Positions 1 to 11,666 are shown, numbered from the stretch's first letter. The stretch is 64,000 nucleotides of DNA from Methylophilaceae bacterium (GCA_038924905.1 JBCKUK010000005.1:2266-66265); one strand, 5' to 3'. The notes: a model not told the origin generated them from the letters alone. Translations and numbers: made by a program.

Positions 1-1
1 C

Positions 2-2506
2 TCTTTATTAGAATACTTGCGTAAGGAGCATGGCGGCCAGGCTCCAAAGAATAAAATTACGTTGACCCGCAAGCATGTAACCGAAATCAAAAAGTCTGAT
101 AGCACTGGTAAGGCATGTACAATTCAAGTGGAAGTACGTAAAAAGCGCGTATTGGTTCGAAGAGAAATTGGCACTGAGGATGCATCGTCAGATTTGCCGG
201 TAGCAGAACCCGAATCATTGGTTTCAGAAGTGCAAGCCGAAAAATCTTCAAAAATCTCAACCGAAACCACAGTTGCAGAGCTGGAAGCAGCCGAATCAAC
301 CCCTGATAAAACAGCCGCTAAAACAAAAATTACCGGTAAGAATCTGCTAAGTGCTGAGCAAATAGCAATGCGTGAGCAGGAAGCAAACCGACACGCTAAT
401 TTAGTTGCCCTACAAACAGAAGAGGTCCGTAAGAAGCAAGAGCTGGAACAGAAAAAGCTGGAGGAAGAGGCAGGGGAAGCTGCTGCTTTAGCTGTAGCCG
501 CACCCAGCAATCTTTCTGAGGGTACATTGCATAAGCCAACCGCCAAAGGGACAACTAAAGGCGATGCGAAACCTGAGAAGAAAGGCAATAAGGATAAAGA
601 ATGGACTGATGCAAACAATAAAAAACGCGGGTTTAAGAGTCGCGGTGATGTAGGCATAGGCCAAGGCTGGCGTGGGCACAAGAACAAAGTTAAGTCGCAC
701 AAAAAGGGCGATGACGATGCTCAGCATGCCTTTAATGTGCCTACCGAGCCTGTGGTGCATGAGGTATTAGTGCCAGAAACGATATCGGTGGCAGACTTGG
801 CGCACAAGATGGCAGTTAAGGCCGGTGAAGCAATCAAGGTGCTGATGGGCATGGGCATGATGGTTACTATCAATCAGGTACTGGATCAGGAGACGGCGAT
901 TATTGTGGTTGAGGAAATGGGCCATACCGCTATCGCTGCTGCAGCGAATGACTCCGAAACCTTCCTTGACGACGGCGAGCATGTCGAAGCCATTTTTGAG
1001 ACGCGTCCGCCCGTGGTTACGGTCATGGGTCATGTCGACCATGGCAAAACCTCGCTATTGGATTACATACGTCGCAGTCGCGTAGCCTCAGGTGAAGCTG
1101 GCGGTATTACGCAGCATATCGGCGCCTATCACGTCGAAACCCCTCGTGGCATGGTCACTTTTCTCGACACCCCAGGCCATGAAGCATTTACCGCCATGCG
1201 TGCCCGTGGCGCAAAAGCTACCGATGTGGTGATTCTTGTTGTAGCAGCTGACGATGGCGTCATGCCGCAAACGATTGAGGCAATTCATCATGCCAAAGCC
1301 GGTAACGTGCCGCTGGTTGTTGCCATTAACAAAATTGACAAGCAAGGCGCAAACACGGAGCGCGTGAAGCAAGAGCTGGTTGCACAAGAGGTGATTCCTG
1401 AAGATTTTGGTGGCGACACCATGTTTGTTGAGGTCTCAGCCAAGACTGGTCAGGGTATTGATAATTTGCTGGAAGCCGTCTTGTTACAAGCTGAAATCCT
1501 GGAGCTGAAAGCACCAAAGAACACACCGGCCAAAGGCTTGGTACTTGAAGGCAGGCTGGATAAGGGTCGTGGCCCGGTTTCTACTATTTTGATTCAATCC
1601 GGCACCTTGAAGCGTGGCGACATGCTTTTGGCCGGCTGTGCATTTGGCCGTGTACGCGCCATGCTGGATGAAGCCGGCAATGAAATTAAGGAAGCAGGCC
1701 CTTCTATTCCGGTTGAAATTCTGGGTCTAGCCGATTTGCCAAATGCGGGCGAAGAGGTGATTGTGCTCAACGATGAGCGCAAAGCGCGTGAAATTGCCTT
1801 GTTCCGTCAGGGCAAATTCCGTGATGTGAAGTTGGCTAAAAAGCAGGCTGCCAATCTGGAAAATATCTTTGAAAATATGGGCGAAGACGAAGTCAAATTG
1901 CTGCCAATGATTATTAAATCAGACGTGCAGGGTTCCTACGAGGCGCTAGCCACTTCGCTACAAAAACTATCTACCGATGAAGTTAAGGTGAATATTATCC
2001 ATACCGGAGTGGGCGCGATTAGCGAATCCGATGTCAATCTGGCCGCAGCATCCAAGGCCGTGGTTATTGGCTTCAACGTGCGTGCAGACGCGGGCGCACG
2101 CAAGTTGATCGAGAGCTCAGGCGTTGATGTGCGCTACTACAACATTATTTACCAGGCAGTGGATGAGATAAAAGCTGCGCTGAGTGGCATGCTGGCGCCA
2201 GAACAAAAAGAAAACGCGATTGGGCTGGTCGAAATTCGCGAAGTCTACCGCATTTCCAAGGTGGGCGCGGTGGCTGGCTGCTATGTACAAGACGGCGTTA
2301 TCAAACGCAACTCTAAAGTGCGCGTACTGCGCAGCGATGTGGTGATACATACCGGCGAACTGGATTCGCTCAAGCGCTTTAAAGATGACGTCAAGGAAGT
2401 CAAAGCCAACTTCGAATGCGGGCTATCACTGAAAAACTTCAACGAAATCGAAGTGGGCGATCTGCTGGAAGTGTTCGAAGTTGTTGATATCGCCAGAAAG
2501 CTCTAA
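2..2506 (+). CDS. infB: translation initiation factor IF-2 (5' end lies outside the window)
   Basis: Frame is open from base 2 with no stop upstream of the listed TTG at 17. GTPase motifs [22 protein letters not shown] and NKID are present. It is followed by rbfA-truB-rpsO-pnp as in the conserved operon. Confidence 0.95.
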   Translation, partial: SLLEYLRKEHGGQAPKNKITLTRKHVTEIKKSDSTGKACTIQVEVRKKRVLVRREIGTEDASSDLPVAEPESLVSEVQAEKSSKISTETTVAELEAAESTPDKTAAKTKITGKNLLSAEQIAMREQEANRHANLVALQTEEVRKKQELEQKKLEEEAGEAAALAVAAPSNLSEGTLHKPTAKGTTKGDAKPEKKGNKDKEWTDANNKKRGFKSRGDVGIGQGWRGHKNKVKSHKKGDDDAQHAFNVPTEPVVHEVLVPETISVADLAHKMAVKAGEAIKVLMGMGMMVTINQVLDQETAIIVVEEMGHTAIAAAANDSETFLDDGEHVEAIFETRPPVVTVMGHVDHGKTSLLDYIRRSRVASGEAGGITQHIGAYHVETPRGMVTFLDTPGHEAFTAMRARGAKATDVVILVVAADDGVMPQTIEAIHHAKAGNVPLVVAINKIDKQGANTERVKQELVAQEVIPEDFGGDTMFVEVSAKTGQGIDNLLEAVLLQAEILELKAPKNTPAKGLVLEGRLDKGRGPVSTILIQSGTLKRGDMLLAGCAFGRVRAMLDEAGNEIKEAGPSIPVEILGLADLPNAGEEVIVLNDERKAREIALFRQGKFRDVKLAKKQAANLENIFENMGEDEVKLLPMIIKSDVQGSYEALATSLQKLSTDEVKVNIIHTGVGAISESDVNLAAASKAVVIGFNVRADAGARKLIESSGVDVRYYNIIYQAVDEIKAALSGMLAPEQKENAIGLVEIREVYRISKVGAVAGCYVQDGVIKRNSKVRVLRSDVVIHTGELDSLKRFKDDVKEVKANFECGLSLKNFNEIEVGDLLEVFEVVDIARKL

Positions 2507-2516
2507 GTCCATTTAA

Positions 2517-2891
2517 ATGGCTAAAGATTTCTCACGCAGCGATCGTGTAGCGGAACAAATACAGCGCGAATTAGCGGATTTGTTGCAATTTGAGGTGAAA
2601 GATCCTCGTGTAGGCATGGTGACAGTGACTGAGGTTGAAGTCACAGGAGACATGGCACACGCCAAGATTTACTACAGTGCAAAGGCCGGTACAGCTGAAT
2701 TACAAGCCGGCCTGGAGAAAGCTGCCGGATTTCTGCGCGGTCAGCTGGCAAAGCGCATGTTGTTACGTACTGTGCCGCAACTGCATTTTATTTATGACGC
2801 CTCAGCTGACCGTGGCATGCGACTTTCCAAACTGATTGATGAAGCGCTCGCACCAGAAAATCTCATCGAAAAACAATCCCCAAGCCAATAG
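2517..2891 (+). CDS. rbfA: ribosome-binding factor A
   Basis: 124-aa ORF starting 10 nt after the infB stop. Sequence is RbfA-like (RVAEQIQRELADLL, LRTVPQLHFIYD). Position between infB and truB is conserved. Confidence 0.9.
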   Translation: MAKDFSRSDRVAEQIQRELADLLQFEVKDPRVGMVTVTEVEVTGDMAHAKIYYSAKAGTAELQAGLEKAAGFLRGQLAKRMLLRTVPQLHFIYDASADRGMRLSKLIDEALAPENLIEKQSPSQ

Positions 2892-2918
2892 TCCCAAGGC
2901 ATAAGTCTGGCGGCAACA

Positions 2919-3839
2919 TTGATTTCAAAATCAGAGCAATTCAAAAGGATTAAACGCAAGGTTGATGGCGTGTTATTGCTGGATAAGCCAATTGGCTTGT
3001 CATCTAACCAAGCCTTACAGCAAGTCAAACGCCTCTATCAGGCAGCTAAAGCTGGTCACACCGGCAGTCTGGATCCTCTTGCGTCCGGTCTTTTGCCTCT
3101 TTGCTTTGGCGAAGCAACAAAATTTTCTCATTTTTTGCTGAATGCCGATAAAAGTTATCGCGCTCTAATCAAGCTTGGTAGCACAACCGCGACGGGCGAT
3201 GCAGAGGGCGAGGTGCTGAGTGTCGCTACAGTCAACGTCACGCCTAAAGCGCTTAATTCTGTTTTAGAGCAATTTACCGGTGTTATCCAGCAGGTGCCGC
3301 CTATGTATTCCGCACTTAAGCATCAAGGCAAAGCGCTTTACGAGTATGCTCGCGCAGGCGTAGCCATTGGGCGTGCCGCACGCACAGTGACAGTTCACCA
3401 AATCACGCTTGAGCGTTTTGAGCAAGATGAAGTAGAAATCACAGTAAGTTGCAGCAAAGGCACTTACATTCGCACCTTGGCAGAGGATATTGGCCATGCG
3501 CTTGGCTGTGGCGCTCATCTGGCGGGCTTGCGAAGATTAAAGGCAGCACACTTCAGCCTGCAAAGCGCATTCAAGATAGAGCAATTGGAGGCAATGACGG
3601 CTGAACAGCGCGATCAAAGTTTACTGCCGATTGACGCATTGATAGAAAATTTACCACAGGTGCAGCTGGATAAGGACAGCGTTTTTTACTTGCTACAGGG
3701 TCAAGCGGTTTGGAAATCAGGGTTGAACATAAAGGGCTTTTTTCGACTATATTCAGAGAGTGGTAATTTTTTGGGATTAGGCGAACAAACCTCAGATGGG
3801 AAAATCGCACCTAAAAGGCTGCTTGTAACAAATGCATAA
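2919..3839 (+). CDS. truB: tRNA pseudouridine(55) synthase TruB
   Basis: Motifs LLLDKPIGLSSN and GHTGSLDPLASGLLPLCFGEATK (catalytic Asp). The only in-frame start is TTG at 2919, so the exact 5' end is uncertain. Confidence 0.9.
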   Translation: MISKSEQFKRIKRKVDGVLLLDKPIGLSSNQALQQVKRLYQAAKAGHTGSLDPLASGLLPLCFGEATKFSHFLLNADKSYRALIKLGSTTATGDAEGEVLSVATVNVTPKALNSVLEQFTGVIQQVPPMYSALKHQGKALYEYARAGVAIGRAARTVTVHQITLERFEQDEVEITVSCSKGTYIRTLAEDIGHALGCGAHLAGLRRLKAAHFSLQSAFKIEQLEAMTAEQRDQSLLPIDALIENLPQVQLDKDSVFYLLQGQAVWKSGLNIKGFFRLYSESGNFLGLGEQTSDGKIAPKRLLVTNA

Positions 3840-3947
3840 ACAAAGCTCGTGAATAAAACCATGAAAAATCTTATATTTAACATACGAGTTGCTTGATAAA
3901 CAAGGGCTTTAAGGTTAAAATGCGCGGTTCCAGATTAGGAGAAAAAG

Positions 3948-4217
3948 ATGTCAATTACGACTGCTGAAAAAGCCAAAATTGTTGGCGATTATCAACAAGC
4001 AAAGAGTGATACCGGTTCCCCTGAAGTGCAAGTGGCACTGCTCTCAAGCCGCATTAATATGCTGGCTGAACACTTTAAAGTGAATATTAAAGATAACCAT
4101 TCCCGTCGTGGTTTATTGGCTATGGTTAGCCAGCGTCGCAAGTTGTTGGATTATCTCAAACGCAAAAATGCTGACCGTTATCGCTCTTTGATTGAGCGTT
4201 TAGGTCTGCGTAAATAA
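3948..4217 (+). CDS. rpsO: 30S ribosomal protein S15
   Basis: 89-aa ORF with S15-like sequence ([42 protein letters not shown]). It lies immediately upstream of pnp. Confidence 0.95.
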   Translation: MSITTAEKAKIVGDYQQAKSDTGSPEVQVALLSSRINMLAEHFKVNIKDNHSRRGLLAMVSQRRKLLDYLKRKNADRYRSLIERLGLRK

Positions 4218-4260
4218 ATCCAGAATAAATTTAGCGCAATTATTTGTGAATATACGAAAT

Positions 4261-4303
4261 AAGCCGAAAGAAAGGCGGAGTCGCGCTGCTTATCGGCTTT
4301 TTT
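4261..4303 (+). terminator. rpsO terminator / pnp leader hairpin
   Basis: AAGCCGA...TCGGCTT stem followed by a TTTTTTG tract between rpsO and pnp. This is the position of the known rpsO attenuator/RNase III hairpin in enterobacteria. Confidence 0.6.
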
Positions 4304-4334
4304 GTTTGAAAAATATGAAAAAGGACAAAATTCT

Positions 4335-6452
4335 GTGAAAGCAATTAAAAAAACAATGACTTACGGTCAACATGAGTTGACTTTAGAAACTGGCGAGATT
4401 GCTCGCCAGGCTGATGGTGCGGTGCTGGTAAGTTTGGGTGACACCGTTGTTCTGGTGAGTGTGGTTGGTAAAACCGAAGTGAAAGCTGGTCAGGATTTCT
4501 TTCCATTGACTGTAGATTATCAAGAACGCACCTACGCTGCGGGCAAGATTCCCGGCGGCTTTTTCAAGCGCGAAGGCCGTCCTTCAGAGAAGGAAACGCT
4601 GACTTCTCGCTTGATTGACCGCCCTTTGCGACCACTCTTCCCGGAAGCGTTTTATAACGAAGTTCAGGTTGTCGCGACGGTAATGTCCTGCGACAGCGAA
4701 ATTGATGCAGATATTCCGGCCATCATTGGCGCTTCAGCAGCCATGGCGATTTCCGGTATTCCATTCTATGGCCCGCTTGGTGCTGCGCGCGTGGGCTATA
4801 TTGATGGTGAATACATTATTAATCCAACCGCAACGCAGCGCAAAGAGACTGAGCTTGATTTAGTCGTTGCCGCAACCGCAACCGCTGTGATGATGGTGGA
4901 ATCTGAAGCGAAAGAATTACCTGAAGACGTGATGCTGGGCGCGGTTATGTATGGTCATGAGCAGATGCAGGCGGTGATCAACATGATTAACGAGCTGGCA
5001 GCAGAGGTTGGCAAAGAAGCGTGGGATTGGGTGCCGCCGGAAGAAAATACTGCATTAGTTGAAAAAATAAACAAAGCGGCAAGCGCTGATGTTAATGCGG
5101 CTTATCAAATTAAATCCAAAGGTGCGCGCTCTACAAAACTGGATGAAATCAAGAATCGTGTATTTGCTGAATTGATTACTGAAGTAACTTCTACTGAAGA
5201 AGCCAATGAAATCAAATCAATATTTCATAATCTGGAAGCCAAGGTCGTGCGCAGCCAAATTCTGAATGGTGAGCCACGTATTGATGGCCGTGATACGCGT
5301 ACAGTGCGCCCGATTACCATTCGTACCGGAGTATTGCCGCGTACTCATGGCTCAGCGCTGTTTACTCGTGGTGAAACGCAAGCGTTGGTGGTTGCCACCC
5401 TAGGCACGGGTCGTGACGAACAAATGATAGACGCGCTAGAAGGTACATATACCGACCGTTTTATGCTGCACTACAATATGCCACCCTACGCTACCGGCGA
5501 GACAGGCCGTGTAGGCACACCTAAGCGCCGTGAAATTGGCCATGGCCGTCTGGCCAAGCGCGCGCTGATTGCTGTGCTACCTGCACAGGAAGAGTTCGGC
5601 TATACCATCCGTATCGTATCCGAAATTACTGAATCCAACGGTTCCAGCTCTATGGCTACGGTCTGCGGCGGTTGCTTGGCGCTAATGGATGCCGGCGTGC
5701 CGGTGAAGGCACATGTCGCCGGTATTGCGATGGGCTTGATTAAAGAAGGCAACCGCGTTGCGGTGCTAACTGATATTTTGGGCGATGAAGATCATCTGGG
5801 TGATATGGACTTTAAAGTGGCTGGTACAGAAAACGGCATCACAGCGCTGCAAATGGATATCAAGATTACCGGAATAACCTCGGCCATCATGGAAGTGGCG
5901 CTGTCACAGGCTAAAGAAGGCCGTATGCACATCCTGGATATTATGAAGAGTTCCATGGATCATTCACGTACTGAGCTTTCTGAGTTTGCCCCGCGTATCA
6001 TTACCATGAAAATTAATCCGGGAAAGATTCGTGATGTGATTGGCAAAGGCGGTGCGGTGATACGTGCGTTGACCGAAGAGACTGGCGCTACCATTGATAT
6101 TGAAGACGACGGCACGATTAAAATCGGCTGCGTCAATGCTGAAGCCGGTGAAGAGGCGAAAAAGCGTATTGAAGCCATTACTGCAGAAGTGAAAATTGGC
6201 CAAACTTATGAAGGCACAGTGATTAAGCTGCTGGATTTTGGCGCGATTGTTTCCTTGTTGCCGGGCAAAGATGGCTTGCTGCATATCTCGCAAATTGCAC
6301 ATCAACGCGTGAACGCCGTGTCTGATTTCTTGAAAGAAGGCCAGCAGGTAAAGGTAAAAGTGGTTGAGGCGGATGAAAAAGGCCGCGTACGTTTAAGTAT
6401 GAAGGCTTTGATTGACCAGCCAGTGGCCGAAGAAAAGGCAGAAGCAGAATAG
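4335..6452 (+). CDS. pnp: polyribonucleotide nucleotidyltransferase (PNPase)
   Basis: Two RNase PH-like halves plus C-terminal KH ([15 protein letters not shown]) and S1 ([15 protein letters not shown]) regions. I prefer GTG 4335 as the start: AAAGGA lies 9 nt upstream and the N-terminus [26 protein letters not shown] matches usual PNPase starts. The track's TTG 4302 sits in the terminator T-tract. Confidence 0.93.
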   Translation: MKAIKKTMTYGQHELTLETGEIARQADGAVLVSLGDTVVLVSVVGKTEVKAGQDFFPLTVDYQERTYAAGKIPGGFFKREGRPSEKETLTSRLIDRPLRPLFPEAFYNEVQVVATVMSCDSEIDADIPAIIGASAAMAISGIPFYGPLGAARVGYIDGEYIINPTATQRKETELDLVVAATATAVMMVESEAKELPEDVMLGAVMYGHEQMQAVINMINELAAEVGKEAWDWVPPEENTALVEKINKAASADVNAAYQIKSKGARSTKLDEIKNRVFAELITEVTSTEEANEIKSIFHNLEAKVVRSQILNGEPRIDGRDTRTVRPITIRTGVLPRTHGSALFTRGETQALVVATLGTGRDEQMIDALEGTYTDRFMLHYNMPPYATGETGRVGTPKRREIGHGRLAKRALIAVLPAQEEFGYTIRIVSEITESNGSSSMATVCGGCLALMDAGVPVKAHVAGIAMGLIKEGNRVAVLTDILGDEDHLGDMDFKVAGTENGITALQMDIKITGITSAIMEVALSQAKEGRMHILDIMKSSMDHSRTELSEFAPRIITMKINPGKIRDVIGKGGAVIRALTEETGATIDIEDDGTIKIGCVNAEAGEEAKKRIEAITAEVKIGQTYEGTVIKLLDFGAIVSLLPGKDGLLHISQIAHQRVNAVSDFLKEGQQVKVKVVEADEKGRVRLSMKALIDQPVAEEKAEAE

Positions 6453-6491
6453 TCTGAATAAGATGGCTTGAATAAGACAGAACAGTAAATA

Positions 6492-6520
6492 AAAAAGGCC
6501 GGAAATTTTCCGGCCTTTTT
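6492..6520. terminator. bidirectional rho-independent terminator between convergent pnp and dksA
   Basis: AAAAAGGCCGG-aaatttt-CCGGCCTTTTT perfect hairpin flanked by A and T runs. Confidence 0.8.
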
Positions 6521-6532
6521 GTTTGCAAGAAT

Positions 6533-6955
6533 TTATTTGGCTACCTGTCTCTCGCGTATTTCATCCAAAGTCTTGCAATCAATGCATTGACTCGCCGTTG
6601 GCCGTGCTTCCAGGCGTTTAAGGCCGATTTCTACGCTACAGCTACTGCAATAGCCATATTCGCGCTGGTCAATCTTATTCAAAGTCTCATCAATTTTTTT
6701 AATGAGTTTACGTTCGCGGTCGCGGTTACGCAGCTCCAGCGCCATGTCAGACTCTTGGCTGGCGCGGTCATTGGGGTCAGCAAACATCGTTACTTCATCC
6801 TGCATGGTATGCACGGTGCGGTCGATATCTTGACTTAGCTCGGATTTCCAGTCGTTAAGAATTTTACGGAAATGGTCGAGTTGCTTATTATTCATGTACT
6901 CTTCATTGGCTTTTGCCTGATAAGGACTGAATTGTCGGGTGATTGCTTCGGTCAT
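6533..6955 (-). CDS. dksA: RNA polymerase-binding transcription factor DksA
   Basis: 140 aa with a coiled-coil region and the C4 zinc finger [26 protein letters not shown] typical of DksA. Confidence 0.9.
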   Translation of the reverse strand: MTEAITRQFSPYQAKANEEYMNNKQLDHFRKILNDWKSELSQDIDRTVHTMQDEVTMFADPNDRASQESDMALELRNRDRERKLIKKIDETLNKIDQREYGYCSSCSVEIGLKRLEARPTASQCIDCKTLDEIRERQVAK

Positions 6956-7135
6956 GATTGCTCGTCAGGGATAACCCCTTGTTGTTAATAAAAAAGCTTA
7001 ATAAAAAGCTTCAGCAGAAAATTAAAGCAGGCAAGTTTACTACGAATAGGAATAATGTCTAGTAGGTATTTACATGCATTGTTTTTTGACGCGTGATGCT
7101 CGGCCAATACTAAGCGCTTAGGCGCCTCGCGGCAT

Positions 7136-7996
7136 TTAGACTGTTTTTTCGCGCAATTCCAACGCCAGCAAGGTATTTTCCATTAGCGTGGCAACCGTCA
7201 TTGGCCCAACCCCGCCAGGCACGGGGGTAATCCAGCTTGCACGTTGTTTGGCTTTGGCAAACTCTACGTCACCCGCCAAGCTGCCATCAGCTAAACGGGT
7301 GATGCCGATATCAACAACAATGGCGCCAGGTTTGATCCAGCCACCCTGAATTAGCCCAGGTTTTCCAGCCGCTGCGACAACAAGATCTGCACGCGCAACC
7401 GTGCCAGCCAAATCTTTAGTATGGCGATGGCAGCAAGTGACGGTGCAGCCGGCGAGTAGCAATTCCAGCGCCATAGGGCGGCCCACGTGGTTAGAGACGC
7501 CCACCACTACCGCATCCAGGCCCATAATCTCCAAGCCTGTTGTTTGCAGTAATTTGATCACACCAAACGGCGTACATGAGCGCAAAGTTGGCTGGCGCAC
7601 GGCCAATCTACCGATATTGTAGGGGTGAAAGCCGTCCACATCTTTAGCCGGGTCAATTTTTTCGATTACATTTTCATCCTGGATTTGCGGTGGTAGTGGT
7701 GCTTGTACCAATATGCCATCCACTTCGTTATCTGCATTGAGTTGGTCAATTAACGCAAGCAACTCTACTTCGGTGGTAGTAGCGGGCAGATCGTAGGCAA
7801 GTGAACGGATGCCAACTTTTTCGCACGCCAGGCGCTTATTCCGCACATAAATGCTGGAAGCCGGATCTGAGCCAACCAATATGACTGCCAGTGTCGGCGC
7901 GCGCATGCCCAATGCAACCCGACTTTCTACGCGGGTTTTTATTTCATTTAGTATGTTGTCGGCAATCGCTTTGCCGTTAATAATTTGAGCGGGCAT
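7136..7996 (-). CDS. folD: bifunctional methylenetetrahydrofolate dehydrogenase/cyclohydrolase
   Basis: 286 aa with FolD motifs ([42 protein letters not shown]). Confidence 0.93.
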   Translation of the reverse strand: MPAQIINGKAIADNILNEIKTRVESRVALGMRAPTLAVILVGSDPASSIYVRNKRLACEKVGIRSLAYDLPATTTEVELLALIDQLNADNEVDGILVQAPLPPQIQDENVIEKIDPAKDVDGFHPYNIGRLAVRQPTLRSCTPFGVIKLLQTTGLEIMGLDAVVVGVSNHVGRPMALELLLAGCTVTCCHRHTKDLAGTVARADLVVAAAGKPGLIQGGWIKPGAIVVDIGITRLADGSLAGDVEFAKAKQRASWITPVPGGVGPMTVATLMENTLLALELREKTV

Positions 7997-8091
7997 CGAA
8001 ATAATTTTGTTGGTTAATCCGCTATTTTAACAGGCTATTCTGAAATATTAGAATTGACCGAAAGCTCTGATTACGTTATATTCTCCGCCCT

Positions 8092-8168
8092 CGGGGTGTA
8101 GCGTAGCCTGGTAGCGCGCCTGCTTTGGGAGCAGGATGTCGGGAGTTCAAATCTCTCCACCCCGACCA
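8092..8168 (+). tRNA. tRNA-Pro (anticodon TGG)
   Basis: Cloverleaf folded by hand: acceptor CGGGGTG/CACCCCG, anticodon stem CCTGC/GCAGG with loop TTTGGGA, T-loop TTCAAAT, encoded CCA. Confidence 0.9.
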
Positions 8169-8192
8169 AATACTTTAAGATTGCCCGACAAT

Positions 8193-8269
8193 CTGCCCGT
8201 AGCTCAACCGGATAGAGCACCAGCCTTCTAAGCTGGGGGTTGCAGGTTCGATTCCTGTCGGGCAGGCCA
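8193..8269 (+). tRNA. tRNA-Arg (anticodon TCT)
   Basis: Acceptor CTGCCCG/CGGGCAG, anticodon stem CCAGC/GCTGG with loop CTTCTAA, T-arm GCAGG-TTCGATT-CCTGT, encoded CCA. Confidence 0.9.
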
Positions 8270-8309
8270 AGTTTCTGCAGTATCTGGTATCAACGGTTTT
8301 AAGTTTAAT

Positions 8310-8386
8310 GGTGGCCGTAGCTCAGTTGGTAGAGTCCAGGATTGTGATTCCTGTTGTCGTGGGTTCGAGCCCCATCGGCCACCCCA
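8310..8386 (+). tRNA. tRNA-His (anticodon GTG) with encoded G-1
   Basis: An extra 5' G pairs with discriminator C. Acceptor GTGGCCG/CGGCCAC, anticodon stem CAGGA/TCCTG with loop TTGTGAT, encoded CCA. Confidence 0.9.
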
Positions 8387-8544
8387 TAAATATCAATCAC
8401 TTAGCATACAATTCTGTATTTCAATATTCCGTATTGCTACCATATTGCTACCTTTTGAGTTAACTCTCATGCATATAAAAAGCAGTAAATCCTAGCTATT
8501 GAATGCATATTAATACGCTATCCCATGAATATTCATTGATGATC

Positions 8545-8583
8545 AAATAAAAAAAGCAACCAAAGTCTCTCGGCCTTGGCTGC
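8545..8583 (-). terminator. rho-independent terminator downstream of the yqaJ-like gene
   Basis: On the minus strand GCAGCCAAGG-loop-CTTTGGTTGC (8 of 10 pairs) is followed by TTTTTTTATTT. Confidence 0.55.
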
Positions 8584-8589
8584 TCAGTA

Positions 8590-9450
8590 TCAAGCAACAG
8601 TCACTCGAATTTCCTCGCGCGTCTTTCCCCTGTAAGCCTCCAAGTCGACACCAGCTAACGCCGGTACTTTCTTGTAGTCCACAGCACCAACCTTCCAGTA
8701 CCGAGTGACTGACACGCCGTAGCCAGTTTCTCTGGAGTGCGTAGTCAGTTCGATGAGCTTGGCCTTCGCTATGTCAGCTTTGGCCTGCGCCTCGTCGATG
8801 ACCGACCTCCATCCTTTATATGCCTCAGCGGCTTCGCGCCACTTACTATCCTCGCGCGTGCGGGTGTCTTGGTCAGTCAGCGGCGGCGCTGTGTCATTAT
8901 CAAGAAAAGGCTGGAATGCATCCCAAGCTTCCCGGATACGGGCGAAGCTAATCTCGTCGGGCTCGATGAGGATGTTGATTCCATTCTTGCCATCGAACAC
9001 GTAGAGATGCGCACGCCGTGCATGGCTCACCATCAACTGGTGCTGTACCTGCAAGCGGTAGTGCTCAGGAACAGTCCCGGCTTTCGCCGTCTGCCATAGC
9101 TCGGATACAGCGCCCTTGAACGGACACTTAATCTCGACCAGTGTGTCACCGGCTAGATTGATTCCATCCAGCGATGCCGAGTATTCACCATCGACTACCA
9201 CTTGAGGCTGCATGATGAGTCCGATTTCCTCCTCGAAGGCTGCGCGAGCAACTGGCTCCATAGCTGATCCGTGACGCATCGGTGCGGTTTCTTCGACGAC
9301 CTTGCGCCCAGTTTTGACCAGCCACAGCTCGTAGGGCGTCTGCCAGGGCGAGACGCCCAGTACGGCGGGTGTCTCGCTTGCATTTCGGTACTTGGCACGA
9401 TGCTCATGCCACTCTGGCGATCCCTGTATGAGTTTGAATAGTGCGTTCAT
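8590..9450 (-). CDS. YqaJ-like (lambda-exonuclease fold) viral recombinase-family exonuclease
   Basis: The N-terminus GSPEWHEHRAKYRNASETPAVLGVSPWQTPYELW is the characteristic YqaJ start. It overlaps the upstream annealing-protein gene by 1 nt. Confidence 0.75.
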   Translation of the reverse strand: MNALFKLIQGSPEWHEHRAKYRNASETPAVLGVSPWQTPYELWLVKTGRKVVEETAPMRHGSAMEPVARAAFEEEIGLIMQPQVVVDGEYSASLDGINLAGDTLVEIKCPFKGAVSELWQTAKAGTVPEHYRLQVQHQLMVSHARRAHLYVFDGKNGINILIEPDEISFARIREAWDAFQPFLDNDTAPPLTDQDTRTREDSKWREAAEAYKGWRSVIDEAQAKADIAKAKLIELTTHSRETGYGVSVTRYWKVGAVDYKKVPALAGVDLEAYRGKTREEIRVTVA

Positions 9451-10118
9451 TATGCGGCCTCCTTATCTCGGTTGGATTCGAGCATGCGAATCACCCGGTT
9501 TACTTCCGCCTTTGGTATATGCGCCAGCTCGTCATAGCCGAAGAAGCCAAGCAGCTGGTTCTCGTCGGTAGCGGTTTCCTGAATCAGTTTTTTGATGTAG
9601 CGCAGCTGATTGACGGTGAGTAGTTCAGGGTTGCTGAAGCCGTTATCACGAGGTGGCAACGATTTAACCGGCCGAAGTGGGATCGGATTATTGTCAGTTC
9701 TGTCGGTGCCTATCCCCCGCGTATTATTTTCATCCTCTGTTGTCGTCGGCAGGTCTTCGCCAGCGTAGATATAAAGCCCCAAGCCATGCAGTGCGATGGC
9801 CTTGACCAGTGCCCTCATAATTGACGTGTTTATGTCGAAGGCAGTTGGCACAGCAATGGGATTATTGCGGCTATCCAGCACCGGGTGTATCTGGCTGAGT
9901 GTGACAGACTGCACGGTTACCGCCACTTCAACGAAGACGCCGAAGTCAGTTGCTTGATAGGGCAAGCCGCCAAAGCGGCATACTATCCAGCTGGCTGTTG
10001 GATCGGCCAGTCGTAGCTGTGCGACGGCGAACGGCCAGCTCAAGTAGCTGAACTGCCCCTTCTTTTCGATGTGCTCAGACACGTTGATGGCATTCAATTT
10101 TGCAAAGTAATTTTCCAT
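9450..10118 (-). CDS. Sak/DUF1071-type (Rad52-like) single-strand annealing protein
   Basis: N-terminal KLNAINVSEHIEKKGQFSYLSWPFAVAQL resembles Sak/Rad52-like phage SSAPs. It is paired with the YqaJ exonuclease as in phage recombination modules. Confidence 0.6.
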   Translation of the reverse strand: MENYFAKLNAINVSEHIEKKGQFSYLSWPFAVAQLRLADPTASWIVCRFGGLPYQATDFGVFVEVAVTVQSVTLSQIHPVLDSRNNPIAVPTAFDINTSIMRALVKAIALHGLGLYIYAGEDLPTTTEDENNTRGIGTDRTDNNPIPLRPVKSLPPRDNGFSNPELLTVNQLRYIKKLIQETATDENQLLGFFGYDELAHIPKAEVNRVIRMLESNRDKEAA

Positions 10119-10142
10119 GATTGAAACTCCTTAGTAGATAGA

Positions 10143-10177
10143 AACGAAAAAGCCCGATAGGGATCACCTACCGGGCT
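10143..10177 (-). terminator. hairpin terminator between the ardC-like and sak-like genes
   Basis: Minus strand reads AGCCCGGTAGG-tgat-CCCTATCGGGCT followed by TTTTTCGTTTC. Confidence 0.55.
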
Positions 10178-10302
10178 GTGGATGCCAGCTAACATGCTGG
10201 CGAGTGTTGCGACGCTGTCAGATTTATTGACCCCATCAGCCTCGCGGAAGAGTCTTATTGTTAGAAATGGTGGGGGGTACTAACCGACAAAACCGCCACA
10301 AT

Positions 10303-11181
10303 TCAGGCGGCCAATGCCTCGGCCACCGGACTCGGTGCTACCTGCATCACGCCAAGCACGAAGTCAGCTGCCTTCTGCGCCGCACCGGCGGCTACGAAAA
10401 TCAAGCGCTTGTCTTGTTTCAACGCATCCAGCCAGCTATCTATGTAACTGGCATGTTCCAGCCGGGCTGGTAGCCGGCAGTGTGCGCACAGGAAGGCAGC
10501 GCCCATCTCAGCGACCAGTTCTTCATACGCATACGCGTCGATGCTATGCCTGCGCCCGAGTGGCCTATTGCACCGGTCTGGATGCCCAGTCCAGTGCGTC
10601 AGTTCATGTAAGGCCGTGCCGTAGTAGCCATCAGCTTCCGGGAAGTAGCTGGCTGGTGGCAACTGGATCACGTCTTCACCGGGTGAATAGAACGCGCGGT
10701 TGCCACCATGACGGATGCTTGCGCCGGAGGCCAGCAGGATGTCCTCGGCTTCCTCGCAGGGCGACCAGTAATTGTCAGGTGGCGGCTCCTGTAGCCTCGC
10801 TGGTAGCCCTTCGATCTGCGCGGCGTTGAACACCGTGTAGGTGCGCAGCATGGGCACGACTTTCCTATCTTCAGTCTCCGCCTTGCTGTCTTCGACCTCG
10901 CGGAACTTGAAGAAAACGATGGGCGTGCCGATTTCACCTTTCTTCACATGCGCACCCAGCTCGCTGGCCTGCTTGTAGGTCAGCCACTGCGTGTCAGGAT
11001 AGCCCTCTGCCATGGCCTGCAGGTTGAGCAGCAGCACGTTGATGCCTCGGTAAGGCTTGTGGCTGGCGAGATTCTTGTGAGTACCGTCACTGCCGTGTTG
11101 CCACGGGCAGATCCACGGCGGTACGCCAGCTTCGAGTGAAACGATGATGCGGTCAGTGACCGCTTGATATAGGTCGTTCAT
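10303..11181 (-). CDS. ardC: ArdC-like antirestriction protein (N-terminal ssDNA-binding domain plus zincin metalloprotease domain)
   Basis: N-terminal DRIIVSLEAGVPPWICPW and KPYRGINVLLL plus C-terminal HELTHWTGH metalloprotease motif. This is the typical ArdC/DUF1738 architecture of conjugative elements. Confidence 0.75.
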   Translation of the reverse strand: MNDLYQAVTDRIIVSLEAGVPPWICPWQHGSDGTHKNLASHKPYRGINVLLLNLQAMAEGYPDTQWLTYKQASELGAHVKKGEIGTPIVFFKFREVEDSKAETEDRKVVPMLRTYTVFNAAQIEGLPARLQEPPPDNYWSPCEEAEDILLASGASIRHGGNRAFYSPGEDVIQLPPASYFPEADGYYGTALHELTHWTGHPDRCNRPLGRRHSIDAYAYEELVAEMGAAFLCAHCRLPARLEHASYIDSWLDALKQDKRLIFVAAGAAQKAADFVLGVMQVAPSPVAEALAA

Positions 11182-11378
11182 GTTGATCTCCTGAAATAGG
11201 AATCGCCCCGGCAGGGTTTAACCTGCGCGGGGCGATAGGGTTGAATGAATGGGTGTGTTTGCAGCCAGCTAACGCAGCAGCTTCATGCACACACGAAACA
11301 GAATGCGTGCAACATGTTTGCCGACTTCACCGGCAGCTGCAGCCAGCATGACTGACGTCAATGGTTTATCCTTGTGTC

Positions 11379-11654
11379 TCAAACGTCTAATCTGATTCTT
11401 CCTGGATAGTAGTTGCCACCATCTACGTAGCCAACCAGCCTTTTTAGGGAGCTGGTTGTGATGCTCATTAATAAGCCCGCTATTGTTGCTGCCATTATCC
11501 CGCTGAAGGTTCCCCAGTGGATCAGCAGCACCAGAGCAGTCACCGAGATGTCGATTGCCAAATCGTGCTTGAGTGCTCGTAGCATCGTCCTGCGTGGCAG
11601 TTTGATGAGCAACAAGCTCATCGCCCCGAATATTAGGAAGCCCGATGTGATCAT
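11379..11654 (-). CDS. small inner-membrane protein (about 3 TM), function unknown
   Basis: 91-aa ORF with three hydrophobic stretches, on the same strand as the module. No recognisable family. Confidence 0.45.
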   Translation of the reverse strand: MITSGFLIFGAMSLLLIKLPRRTMLRALKHDLAIDISVTALVLLIHWGTFSGIMAATIAGLLMSITTSSLKRLVGYVDGGNYYPGRIRLDV

Positions 11655-11666
11655 GATGGGCTCCCT

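Noticed and set aside
4302-4334. The track's TTG start for pnp.
   Set aside because: The TTG lies in the T-tract of the rpsO terminator hairpin. GTG 4335 has an RBS and gives the canonical PNPase N-terminus.
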